A DNA stretch of 64,000 nucleotides from NCBI RefSeq assembly GCF_964355755.1, contig NC_092674.1:31124001-31188000 (forward strand), in the 5' to 3' direction. The notes beneath the pieces are model-generated. The model ran no database searches. It had not been told where the DNA came from and worked only from the letters and a program-made list of their open reading frames with translations. Source of the stretch: Antedon mediterranea. Lineage: Eukaryota; Animalia; Echinodermata. Positions 26,650-39,520 of the stretch are shown in pieces. Position numbers and translations under genes: made by a program. How positions within the stretch are numbered: position 1 is the first letter of the stretch; each line of letters opens with the position of its first letter.

Positions 26650-28027
26650 GCCTACTGTAAATTTATAAATATATTTAATTTACGGTATTCTGTAAAAAAA
26701 ACAGAAAGTTCTGGTTGACAGCAAAACATTAATTAATTGCCGTAACTAATCTGTAAAACAGTCTCTGTAAACTAACAGAAAACAATTAGATAGATCTCCA
26801 TTGTCCGTATAAAACAGCGAAAATGTAAATTCCAAACAGTTAGGGAATTAATTTTAATAATTAAAATTAATAGTGGATATGTGTAGAATTAAAGAGAAAT
26901 TGATTGTGTTTTTACAGTAGGCTAAATGTTAATTGAAAATAGAAACTGTTCTGTTATACAGTTTTATTAATTTTCACAGAGAATAATTATTTTACTGTAT
27001 ATTTACAAATAATAATAGTTAATTTAAGCCTACGGTCCGTAAAATAACAGAACACTTTCAAACATATATTTTAAAAACACATTAGGCCTATGCCGTAATG
27101 AATCTGTAAAACATTCTCTGTATTTTTGTCAAATTACAGATTTAGATTTAGATTTAGATTAGATATCTTCATTGTCTGTAATAAAACAGTGAACATGTAA
27201 ATTTCTAACAGTTTTGTTGTTAAAAAAAATAATAGTCGATATGTGTAGAATTAAAAGAGAATTTGATTGTATTTTGACAGTAAAATAAATGTTAATTGTA
27301 AATAGATATTTTGTTCTGTAATTTTATATTATTTATTTTCAAAGAGAATAATTATTTTATTGTAAATTTAGTAAATTTACGGTATTCAGTAAAATAACAG
27401 ATAACTTTACAGCAAAAAATGTATTTTTGAAATAAATTGTTCTGTAACTGCAGAATCTGTAAAATACTCTCTGTCTCTGTCTAAAATTGTCCGTAGTAAT
27501 ACAGTAAAAATGTAAATTTATTTTACAGTTATGTTGTTAAATTAAATAATAGTCGAAATGTGTAGAATTTAAAGAGAAATTGACAGTAAAATAAAATGTT
27601 AATTAAAAATATAGTTTTTTAATGTAATTTCAGATTTTATATATCTATTTTTTATAGATAATGTATTTTTATTGGCCGTATATTTACAAATGTGTAGTTA
27701 ATTTATGGTCTTCTGTAAAATAACACAGACCTTTACAGTAAAAATGTATTTTTACTGTATCTGTAAAATATTCTCTGTAAAATTACAGATTAATTACCTA
27801 AAACATTCAGTGAAAATATAGTATGAATTTAAAATTCCAACAGTTATGTTGTTAAATTATTTTTTTCCCGTCAATTTACAGATATGTAGTAAGTTTACGG
27901 AATTTCGTAATATAACAGAGAATTTCACTGCAAAAATGTATTTTTTAACAAAATTATGCTGTAAAAATAAATAACAAACAAAACATGTAGAATATTATCT
28001 GTAAAATTACAGATTTTTTTTACAGTG
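26650..28027. repeat. Right subterminal degenerate repeats of the EnSpm-like element
   Basis: Recurrent ~330-360 bp blocks (AATAGTCGATATGTGTAGAATTAAAGAGAAATTGA; CTGTAAAATAACAGA), dense in CTGTAAA/TTTACAG motifs that echo the TIR. Confidence 0.75.
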
Positions 28028-28850
28028 TAGTTCTGTTCTAATAATTTTAGTTGTCTGATGCAAAGTATACTGAGAATATTACTATCATGGATTAGGTTAC
28101 AGACATGCATTTTGTAGAAAGGCTACAAAGTGACAAATATTATGTAAAGAGGACTGGCATGTGCGCATGGGCAGATGCTAAACTATCTCTGCTTCCTTCA
28201 TTTGTAATTAGGCCCAGATATTTAACGTAAAAAAACATTGTTAGATTATAAGTAATTACATTTTGATGTTTATTGTTACAGAATAATACAAATCATTGTA
28301 GGCTTATTCGTATTGAGTTTAACAAATACAAGTTATTATTGCAAAAACAAATTTTCATCGACAATCATCAAATTTAGATTAGTAGTTACTTTCTAATAAT
28401 GTATATTGATTGGTATAACAAAAGTATGCCTATTTATTTTAGAATTATAATAATATTTGGAATGAAAAATTGAGCGGTTAGTACTTTTATCGTTATTGAA
28501 GCAATTATTAAATTGTAATGCTACTGTTATTTTCACCATAATAAAAACTGTTTTATTTTGAATTCAGTTTTTTAATCGTTTTAATCATTATCGTACTATT
28601 TTTAAAAGTAGGTCTGCGATAACCTACAATACCATAAGTATTTCGTTAGTGTATTTATACGTACAGTATGTTGTATCATAAATATGTGGTTATAAATGAA
28701 GCCAATGTCATAAAAACCTCTACACGCTTTTCAACTACAGTTGTGCGCGAGTACGCACGTATATTAGCTTGGTTCCCACTCGACGCGCTTACAAGGACGT
28801 AAGAACAACGCACCTAATTTGTCTGGATACAGGCGATGGATTTTTTGTAA

Positions 28851-29009
28851 AGCTCTGTCTACACTACCAAACTTTATTTGACAAAAAATGTGCCCATATA
28901 CTAGACACGATTATGTCATATCACTACCATATTTGGGTATATCACTATCATATTTGGGCACATCATATACTTTTTTTTTGTTAAACTAATTTGATAGTGT
29001 GACAGAGCG
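28851..29009. mobile_element. Harbinger-like MITE family B (TIR AGCTCTGTCTACACTATCAAACT), nested in a family A copy (about 28767-29090)
   Basis: TIRs plus internal ATATCACTACCATATTTGGGCA repeats; other copies at about 11260-11370, 29793-29924 and 53904-53990. Confidence 0.75.
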
Positions 29010-29687
29010 TTAAGAACAACGCACGTAATTTGACAAACATGCGATGGACTATTTGCTTGCGTTGTGATTACGCCCTTGCATCCAGTGGCGCGCGACCACG
29101 CATAAACTTTTTTTTACACTTGACCTCACTTAACAAATGATAAAATGTTATATTTGGGCACAATATTATATACGGTACACAATGTTGACAAATTCTAACA
29201 TTTATAATATTTAATGCCAATGACATTGCTTGGCTTCTACTACCTGGTTGTCAACGGTACTTGAACATGATGGAGTAGCAGGCCAAGTACAGCTCAGTGA
29301 TATGGTATGTGAGGTGTCAGTGATCCGATAATGATGGATCCGTATTGTACATATTTATTTACAAGACACTGACCTATTGTACAGGCCCATTTATTAATGT
29401 GGTCATGACATTGTTTGTTAAGATTTTTTTTTGGAATCAAAAAGTACTAGTAACTTTTGTTTAAAGTTGCTGTTATTAATTTAAAGTACGGTATCATGTT
29501 TAGTGACAATAAACAGCCTGCAGTATAATGCATGTTGACTACAACCTTTATTTACAAATCTCATTTCTTTTCATAAAAACTGTATTATTTTTAATTAAGT
29601 TTCTCTTTTGTATATTTTGATTAAGACAGGACCACAATGTAAAACAGATACACTGTTATCTGATTGTTTTATCCTATATAAATATAT

Positions 29688-29731
29688 TTATTATTATTAT
29701 TATTATTGTTATTATTATTATTATTATTATT
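29688..29731. repeat. (TTA)n microsatellite
   Basis: Direct reading. Confidence 0.9.
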
Positions 29732-29792
29732 TAGAGGGTTACTTTGTGAGCATTTATAGGCCTAAATAAGTACTCATTTCTCCGTGGTGTAA

Positions 29793-29924
29793 AGCTCAGT
29801 CTACACTTTCAAACTTTATGTGACCAAGAAATGTGATGTGGCCATGGACATGATGATGTCATATTACTACCATATTTGGGCACATCACAATTTTTGTCAA
29901 ATTAGTATATAGTATGACAGAGCT
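29793..29924. mobile_element. MITE family B copy
   Basis: AGCTCAGTCTACACTTTCAAACTTTATGTGAC...TACTACCATATTTGGGCACATCAC...GACAGAGCT. Confidence 0.7.
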
Positions 29925-30678
29925 AAAGTTCATTTAGGTTTTTGTGATTTATGAACTGTTGATGTACGGGATTCTTAGTGCCGCTATGATACGATAACGT
30001 TGGATTAGGCCATATTGCTAAATGTAGATATATATCGTAGGCCTAAACAACGGATCGAGAATATTTTATGTTTATATAATTATACTGTATTTAAAAATTA
30101 CGATATGCGGCATACATACCAGCGAGTCGTATGTGAAGTGTATTATATCTCATGGACCACTTACACCATGACAAGTAAATGACCCTATGTCAACCATGTG
30201 TCAATGATTTGATGATGATAGATACATAATGTAAAGTATGTGTTTATATGAAGATAACCTGCTTTTAGCTCTTCCATTTGATGCGGTTTCCAATCCAGAC
30301 TTTTTAAATCCGAAGTGAATCCGGCATTTCTATCTTTATAATTAGTCAACACTTCTAACACTGATACCATCGAAAATTTAGACCGTACTCAATTAACTTC
30401 AAGACTTAATTGACGAAACTGTCTGAAAGTGACCGCGGTAAAAAATCTCCTTCAGTCAACTGGTCATCTTGGGGTTTCGTACTTGACAATTGAGTGACCG
30501 CGTCTATAGATTTCGCTAAACTTGACGCCTTGGTTTCGTAAGGTGCCAAATATTGACCGCGTTGAGGTATCGGTTCATGATGGATTTGGTATTTCTACAC
30601 TTGACCCTCTATTACCTAGATTTCTTTATTTATAGAAAATACAGTACACAATAACAACACTTCAATCAAACTGATTTC

Positions 30679-30801
30679 TATGGAACGCCGTTTACGCAAC
30701 ATTTTGATGATATGAATTTTTAATTCATATCGATGCATTTCATTCACATATCGCGTCATAAAATTCATATCATCGAAATGTTGCGTAAACGGCGTTCCAT
30801 A
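30679..30801. mobile_element. 123-bp MITE, IS3EU-like
   Basis: ~42-bp TIR TATGGAACGCCGTTTACGCAACATTT.GATGATATGAATTTT; perfect 6-bp TSD GATTTC; TAY...RTA termini. Confidence 0.8.
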
Positions 30802-32509
30802 GATTTCAATACTTTCTGCGTATGATACTATACAAAAATGTAGACCTACCCCAAATAAACCGTTGATTAATGCGGACGAAAGTTCGCATCAGATCAGCTT
30901 ATATATTACCATGGATATCTAAATAGAAATTGAAATTACCATCTTACGGGCACCTTATTTATAATTACCACTAATAAAAATCAGTATCGTTATCATTTCG
31001 TCATTTATCATCCGTCGTCATACATAATTTCTTATTCAATTTTATGCAGATAGGCCTATAGGCTTAATTAAATAGAATAGACAATTGTCGTATTCGATTG
31101 GGAACTTTCGTTGTCAACATAAGATTCGTTGAGTACTTTTTATATCGAATTGTAAATTGTAAACGGATTGTGCTCAACAGAAAATCATTCGAATAGAAAA
31201 CGTTAAGAACATTCTCAAAATACTCCGTTAGATAGGTACCGTACTCAACGCAAAACTAACGGTAAAAATTCACAATCGAATACCACAAATGTTTGAATTA
31301 TTTTGTGACTTTTATGACGTCATACTGATTTCCAATTCTCACCTGCTTTCCAAATCGTTATATTTGCATAATGTTTCACCTAGGCATACCTCACACGTGA
31401 TACGCGATGAGAAGAGTAAACAATGCGAAAATTTTTAAATTCTTCGTCATCATTTTATAAGGCTAACGACATTTAAAAATTATTTTACGAGGAACAGTGC
31501 CCACGTATCTGCAGTGTTTCAAAGGATTTTATCCGCCACAAAGTTGTAAAATGTAACAACTTAAATAGTCGTAACATCAGGTATGAGTGAGTACTAGACA
31601 TGGTTTACTATTAAGTTCGCTTTAGTAGAAGTGATGATAGACATGGCTTACATGGTATTCCAACCTAAGCAAAGACTTAAGGCCCAACTGAAAAAGTGAA
31701 CTGGTGGTTCCTACAATAATTAACTATAAGGTTAGATATTAATTGATATACAATACTAAAGAATATGTTATAGTATTGGTTCCCATAAAAGCAAAGCACG
31801 TACTAGGAATGACGTATTTAGTGTAATGCTATATGGAGGAAATTGTTTAAATATTAATGTGTTAAGGCCTATACAACTTTGTTGGACAATTCCACCACTG
31901 GAGTGCTACTCGCCTTTATCTTTTACTGTCTTGAAATTTAGTGATTATTATAAAGAAAAAGGTTTTAAAAACTTGAATAATTTACGGTAATCAACAATCG
32001 TAATTAAACAATCTTTCATTTATCAAGAAGCACAAAGAGCATTATGTTTTGACCAAAATGGCGGTCGTCAAATTCGTAACAGTTTTATTGCATAAATTTA
32101 CGAGCGATTTCACGGCAAGAAAAGGAATGAAGTGGCGGGCTTCTCCGCCAAACACCAGATATAGGGACTTGTTGAAAGATTTAAGCAACAACTATGTCCA
32201 GTTAAATCTGTAACCTTTCGTTTGGGTCCAAAGTTTATTAGCAACACTCAAAATATATTGGTTTTCATACTCGCGTTTGTTTTGTACATCGTCAATAAAA
32301 AAGAATTAAAAAATATACAAATGCTAATTCCAGAGGAAAATGCGGTTCTCGTGTTGTTTTTGTGTGGCAATGGGAGTATGCATGGAATATATGAATTAAA
32401 ACTTTCAAGAACCTTGTGACAAGAAACCGTGGTGGATTCAGGATTTTGAAATAGTAGAAGTCTGGGCCCTAACCTAATGTTCTTTCTAGCTTTGCAATGT
32501 CGGATGCGC

Positions 32510-32671
32510 GCCCATGAGACATAACTTACAAATATTGACGTAGGCGCAACGCAAGTCAAGTGACCAATCACAAGCAACAGTTCGAATGATCTATCACATC
32601 GTGATTGGTCAAATTTTTCGCCTTTGCGTTCCGTCCACACGTCCTTGTTTTGTTTCCAAGTGGGAGCCAAG
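32510..32671. mobile_element. MITE family A copy
   Basis: GACGTAGGCGCAACGCAAG..GACCAATCACAAGC...GTGATTGGTC...CGTCCTTG...AGTGGGAGCCAAG. Confidence 0.6.
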
Positions 32672-34426
32672 ACTGAACAGAATATGTACAATACAACATA
32701 ACGAAGACTGTTAATTATGTAATAATGTAGTATTAACTGAGAATCCAATTACTAATTAGCGAAATGACTAGTAATTAGTAACAATAGTCAAATGGTTAGA
32801 GCATTAATGAAAACAACTCTTTTATAATCATGACGTCATGGCGCTAGAAGTTTGCCAGAGCGAGGAATTCTGATGGGATCCACTAATCCTGAAAACGAAT
32901 GTATAGCAGAAATATATGGTTTCGTTTATAACTTCATAGATAAGCCTCTATTATTGTTTTTAATGTTCGAAGACTCCTTCGTTATCACGGTATTCATTGT
33001 TAATTTATTAAATCTAAAATAAGACAAATCTGGAATTTTCTGAGAGTCATGCGTGTGTGTTTGGTTCATTAAATTGATTAAAGCTGAGTTCAATGACCGG
33101 CTAGCAAGTTAATATATAAACGATTATTAGAAAAATGCAAAGAATAATCTAACCATAATGTAGTAAAAGTTTTACAGGCAATTGCGATATGATGTATGCC
33201 TGCGGGATAGACCGCTCATGTGTTTCTTTTGTTTAGTGATGACAGATCAGCGAGAACGTGGCCCATGAGCGTTATACATAACAGGGTGATTGTCCATTGT
33301 TTTTGTATCGAACATCAGTTACTGATAGCAATTCTTTTACATAATATTCGACAAATTTTAAAGAAATTTAATAAAGATTATATGAGGGGGGTCAGATGAC
33401 TCATTTGAGTTACAGCGATCTATTTTGCTTAAGCTGCCCCTGCCCAGTATTTCCATCTCTTTGTTGTTTTTGTTTTCTGTTTGTTTAAAAAAGTATTGTA
33501 TTGATTTTATGCTGATCCAATAAATAAACGAAACGAAAAATAACATAATAACTACAGTGCATGGCACACTTCTTGAACGAGGCCAGAGTAAAGATTAAAA
33601 TACACATTTATGAAAAAAAAAAACGAAAAGTAATTTAGTAAAAAAAACAATAAACAGAAAAACTAAAAGAGACAGAACACATGTTGAGAATTCAACGTTT
33701 CGATCTATTCAATCATTTTTAAGAAACTAAGTACATATGTACAAAATATAAAAAGCAAGAACCAGCAAATAACCGGAGTAAACAATTTAAGATTGGCGTT
33801 TTCCTAATTTTTTTTGATAATACAACATTCTTTGCGAATTGTATTAACGGGGTTAAATGAGTTATAAGAGAACTAAACAGAGTTAAATGAATTGTAAATA
33901 ACGTTCATAAACCATGGAGGTATAAACTCGTCTACACACTGTGTGTAGACCATAAGTCACGAAATGTTTGCATTCGAAGCTTATGATTTAATCAATCTAT
34001 TACGTAATATTACGTAATAAGCTAGTAGGCAGCATACAAATGACAGATGATTATTACACTTCACGTTAATTAGAATGAATGACTGTTTGAAAAATAAATA
34101 AATAAATGTCTATCAATATCATAATAATGTACCAAAGTTGTATTTTAAAATGGAACTCTTTTAAAAATATAACAAATACTGTATCGATGAATCATGATTA
34201 TATTGCAGCCTGTCAGTGGCACATTATAATGGTAGCCTTTTCAATGGTCAAGGGATCATTGTACAGTCTGTACTGTATACCTTTTGGCTCATCCATTTTG
34301 TAGATTACATTTATATTATGCTTTGAACCTCATGCTTTTAAGTTTACGTAACCTCCGTACTGCTTTTTTTTTGGAAGGGACATAAAATATATAAATATAA
34401 AAGTACTACTACTAATACTACTATAA

Positions 34427-34538
34427 AGTAAGGTAACACCATTGTAGGCCTAGGTGTCTGAAGACACTATTATTTTATTTATAAATATAAAATATATAGG
34501 CCTCCTAAATAAAATGAGACAATGGTGTTACCTTACTT
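34427..34538. repeat. Small foldback element
   Basis: AGTAAGGTAACACCATTGT ... ACAATGGTGTTACCTTACT inverted repeats. Confidence 0.7.
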
Positions 34539-35194
34539 ATGGTGAACAAATTATAATGTTCTTGAGTGCAATTAGAAGGACAACATTGACATAACATTAT
34601 ATCTAACTTAAAATATTAGTTTAACGATATAAACCTTTAAAAGATGTTCATGCTGCAATTACTGGTGATGTTTGTTAACACATTTAGAGTGACTATTATA
34701 GTAATATCAACATGTGCATTATGTATTTATAAATGTCACGCTGATTTATGAGTGTTTCAACAATATAGGCCTACTATAGATGGTTTTTTTTATATGTTAG
34801 AAAAAAAGACCCAATGCACCAGACAATCAGGACCATGTTGCTGTGCTAGTTTTCATTAAATTTACCGTATTCCTAGATGATGTTAGCCTACACAATACGG
34901 AGAAAATTTACGGCGGCGGAGAAAATTTACGGTGGCGGAGAAAATGTACGACGGGGAAGAAAATGTATAAGCAATTGCTTCTGTTTAATCCCGTCACCTT
35001 CACGAATTTGTGTTATGTTTTGTTATCTTTCTGTTTTGACGAAATAAATGAAATAAAATAATAGAAATAAAAACACCGATATTAATATGCTTTTGCTTAG
35101 CAAATGTGTCTTTAAAATTAATCATAATGAATTCCAAGAAGGACGAAGATTGTGTAAAAGTAATTAAGTGTTTGGTTTGACCAGGAATAATTAA

Positions 35195-35332
35195 AGCATG
35201 GTTCCCACTACAGACGCAAGCCCAGGGCGTGGCGTACGCGCAACTCAAGCGAGTTGACCAATGACAACCCACTGTTCAAATAATCCATCGCTTGTGATTG
35301 GTCAAATCACTTATGTTGCGTTACGTCCTTCC
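35195..35332. mobile_element. MITE family A copy (3' truncated)
   Basis: AGCATGGTTCCCACTACAGACGCAAG...GACCAATGACAA...CGCTTGTGATTGGTC...GTTGCGTTACGTCCTT. Confidence 0.65.
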
Positions 35333-38300
35333 TCTATTTTTTGTCATTAATAGTTATCATGTCTTCTTTCATTATATTAAGTAAACCCGTTTGATTTTCT
35401 TAAGTGTTTTATCCATTTAATTCTCACAAGAATTACATAAATACATTCCTATCAAGGTTGATAGTCTAGAAACTTATGTTACGTCACGATTCGTTACCAT
35501 GACAAAAAAGCTAAAATGGTGTTTTGGATTAATTCCTTTTCATTTATTAGCATTCATAAAATTATGAAAAATATAGGCCATATTTGTTTTACTTGGAGTA
35601 CAGTCGTAACACCTAACAAAGCGATTGCTATACAGGCACTGGAGTGAAGAAAACGGTGTCGGCTTCCGCGTAGGCTACATTACTTGATATCATAAGTTTA
35701 ATTATTTTTCATGGTTGGGTCGTTTTTTCACACTTTAAGTTATAACGAATAATGTGAAAAAATTTGACTATCGGTCGTCACAGACAAAAATTCTTAGAAT
35801 GAGTTCGAAATGATAGTTATTGATACGATATATGATATAGGCTAAGTTCCATGGTCACATAAGTACAGCATATGCTATTCAACTACGTTTTTATCTGTGA
35901 AAGGACATAAGAAAGGTCCCACCAATAATCAACACACAATTAAACATTTGTATAGATAAGGTCTACTTTTTGTAAAAACGATTCCTTTCTTTTTCGTAAC
36001 CTACATATGGTCAGTAGTCTTACCGGACCCAGAGGGCACACCTCTGTACCAATTAAATGTGTTGTCTGTCATAATGGAAATCATGTAATTTCAGGTGATA
36101 TGTATCCTACAGCAATAATGTATCTTTTAGGCCTGTTTTCTTTCAAATACCCCACCTGACGAACACGGTACACGGCTGTTTACTTCCTGTCCGGGATTGG
36201 CTACCATGCTGATGTTTAGCCTAGAGAAAATTAGTTCAATTGGACTTTAGGCAATTTGACTGAGTTGATGTACGGGCTATGATTATTAAATCTTATCGTT
36301 AAATCGTGGGATATATGGGCTTTTATGGTAATTAATTTGGTCTTTAGGGAACAAATCTTGCCTGATTTACTTGCCCATAAGCGACACATTCACACCTTGT
36401 CCCACCGATTTCAAGGATCCATAAAAGTGAGAAAGTTGCATCTCGCAAACGTTCAATCCATATAACATTACTTAACTTTAGGAATTCAGAATTTTGTAAA
36501 TTTAATTGGTTTTGATACCCTAGTAATTACAATAGGAATACCGGCATGGCACGCGCGCGTGTGTTTAACTGATTTATTGTTAAATATTTTTGATATCAGT
36601 ATCTGTTTAGATTAATATTTGTTGTAAAATATTATACTCAAAAATATTTAAACACAAGAACGTAAGCCCACCGTATTGACCTTCCTATTCAAACATTATT
36701 GGCCTTTTATACGGTAGCACAATTAATGTGATAAAACATCTATAAAAAATACATAATTCATTAGATTAGAAAGCTCAAAATTGTGTTTATAATAATGATA
36801 CAATTTATAATTCATTTAAAAAAAAAAGGAGTAATCATCATGCCCCCAGGCTAGGTTACGCCCAGACGCGCGTACAAAACGTGTTAGCTTATTAAAGAGA
36901 TAGCAGTTACATTTATGTTGGTATTATTAATCATGCACGGAATATGAATGTTTATGAAATAAATGTTATCATGATTGGGAAAACAATTCCAGAATATTTA
37001 ATAGTTGTGATGACGTCATTCCTTCAGTCTTGATATTTGAAAATATTTTATTCTTCTCAATATGCGGAACCACTGGATTGTAGTAGGCCTACTGTCAGTA
37101 CTTGATACGCATATAAACGAGTGATTTTGAAGGCGTTTGTTCCTGCTAGTCTTTTGGGTACTCGTGCAAGAGTCAGATGTTTTTAAAAAGGCACGCGAAT
37201 AGAAGTACACACCTCGCCCATGGGCCACGCAATTTACAAAAAACAATGTTGACAATTATTAGAACGAAAAGTAACAATAAATTAATACCGTGAACAGAAA
37301 TTATACTTAAGCACGCCTTAATAACTTGTGTAACAATATCTTTTTAAAATTGCCATTATTTTAGCTTACCTGTCCCTTCTACGACCTGACGTATGCCACC
37401 TAATAAGATTATAAGTCTGCCTGTTTTGTTCTAGGTAAAACAAACGCCGTTACCTGTACAAACATCGTGAAATCACCTAGAAAACATACGATTAAATCTT
37501 TACACCTGCCCAAGCTGTACACCCTAATGTTTATTTTGCAGTTTATTAAGTTTATTAAGTAAAAAGAGATTAAATTTAAAACCTCACTTGTTGACATTGG
37601 TAAACAATAGGAAGGATTAAGAATTTTGAAACTGTACTCTTTGCTTTCGAATCAAATTATTCGATCGACAGATTTTGAATTGGGAGCGGATGCGGTCGTA
37701 AAATGCTACGTCTGGCTAAATTAATGTGATAAACAATGCATTATTTTTATTTGCACGTGGCAAGAGTCGACACGCGCCAAATTTGCGCTAGGAGAAAGGA
37801 TTTCATGATTGTTTTATATGATACGCAATATTCATCTATATATTTCCTCTGTTTTATAATGTAGGTCGCGTATCTATCGGCGTGGGTAGAATGTTGCTAT
37901 TGTGGGTACCGTAACCTAAATAATGTTGCCTAGAACATGAAATCTGAATCTATTTATTTGTTTCATCTTCAGTTTATGCGCTATTTTTTTTTTGTTAATT
38001 TCCTTATTAGGGGTTTTTATATAAATTTCCGTACACGAATGTTAACTAATGTTTCGTTTAGAGATAAAATTGTTTAAAGCCACTCTAAACAATTCATCAG
38101 AATCATCGGTTCGCACTCATCATGCGCTGCTAACTGACACGTAATACAGATATTATTAACGCGGGCGCAAACAAAAGGGTGAAGACGGTACCACCAGATT
38201 ACCGATGTACACGTATAAATGATATATAACTTGAATAAGCATTCGCTTTTATATCAGTGACACAGCTCAACATAAAGGTGCGTACAGTTAAACACAATAC

Positions 38301-39520
38301 CTGTATTTAGAAAATAAAGTACAATACAATGGCCTATATTACAAAACAACTATATATTAGTTAGGTCAGTTATTACCATACAGTATCCTGACGTAATAAA
38401 AAGTTACCGAGAGAAAATTATTATTATATTATGACGTCATTGAGATCTACCCCTGCCCTTATTATTATAGAAAATGAACATTTTGAAAGGAGCTTACTGC
38501 TGAACTTAAATTTGACTCATTTACAAATTGCGGTAGAAAACGTAAATGTTTTTATCTTAAAACCGTAAGATGAAGATTTATGTTGTATCAACTATTGTAT
38601 ACAATCGTCAAGTGTATTTAGTCAAGTGTATTTATTGATAGTTGAAATGCTTCTAGCGAAAGTTTAAACTTATCCCACGAGAATGATTCTAAATATGTGA
38701 GAGATGCACTTTTAACTATGTTGAATATCATTATGTTCGAATCCTTCATTGCGCACTAAACATGCACGGGCATTTTCAGTATAAGCAAAGAAACTATAAA
38801 AGTTAAGATATAAAAAGATAGGCAATATCCTGCACCTCCTGCCTTCGTGATCGATCAACCTGACGCATACCCGAGGAATTCCTTATCAAGATAGTTTGTC
38901 ATTAAATGATCGATCTGTTCTCATTTAGTTCACAGAAACGCGACAGATTGGTACCTATCCTGATCCCGGCTGGCCCGCATCTGACGGTTTATCTAAAAGG
39001 GTGAGGTGTTCATTTGCGGTGGATAATATTATCCTTAATCTATTCTCCTTATTTCATTCGTAGAATGAGTCTCACCTGTTATAGGTTTATTTCCATTTAT
39101 TATTAATATTATCCTCATTATTAGATTTTGAATCTTGGGAGAATAAAATCACACTATTCCTATTTCAAACTTTATTGCAAAAGAATCTGTATACCATGCA
39201 CAACAAACACAATCATTCTAATGGCGTTAATGTTCTTTTTTATCAGATATTAACACACTGCATATTTAAGTTGCTGTTCTGATATTAATAAGACAACATT
39301 CTAAATGAATTACTACTACATGTATTTATTAAATTATGTTACTTTTCTATCATGATTAACACTTTTTACATTAATAGAGGGCACTCAACTAAAATCAATC
39401 AAATCTCCTAGGTAACAAAAGCGGAAACGCGTGTAGCACGCATAAAAGTCGCACCGGAAGTGCGTGGTGTGGATGGAGCGCAACAATGAGTTTTCTCAGG
39501 CCTATAAGAACGTCAAATTA

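Larger units (their letters stand above)
19304..28027. mobile_element. CACTG (CMC/EnSpm-like) DNA transposon, non-autonomous, 8.7 kb
   Basis: Termini CACTGTAAAAAAAA (19304) and TTTTTTTTACAGTG (28027), flanked by a TA duplication; the reconstructed empty site is the palindrome AACTAGTT. Complex subterminal repeats at both ends and an internal SAMD3-like gene. Confidence 0.88.

Noticed and set aside
37370-37399. 30-nt micro-exon on the minus strand (AG|GTGGC...ACAG|GTAAGC)
   Set aside because: Poor polypyrimidine tract and no partner exons or gene to assign it to.
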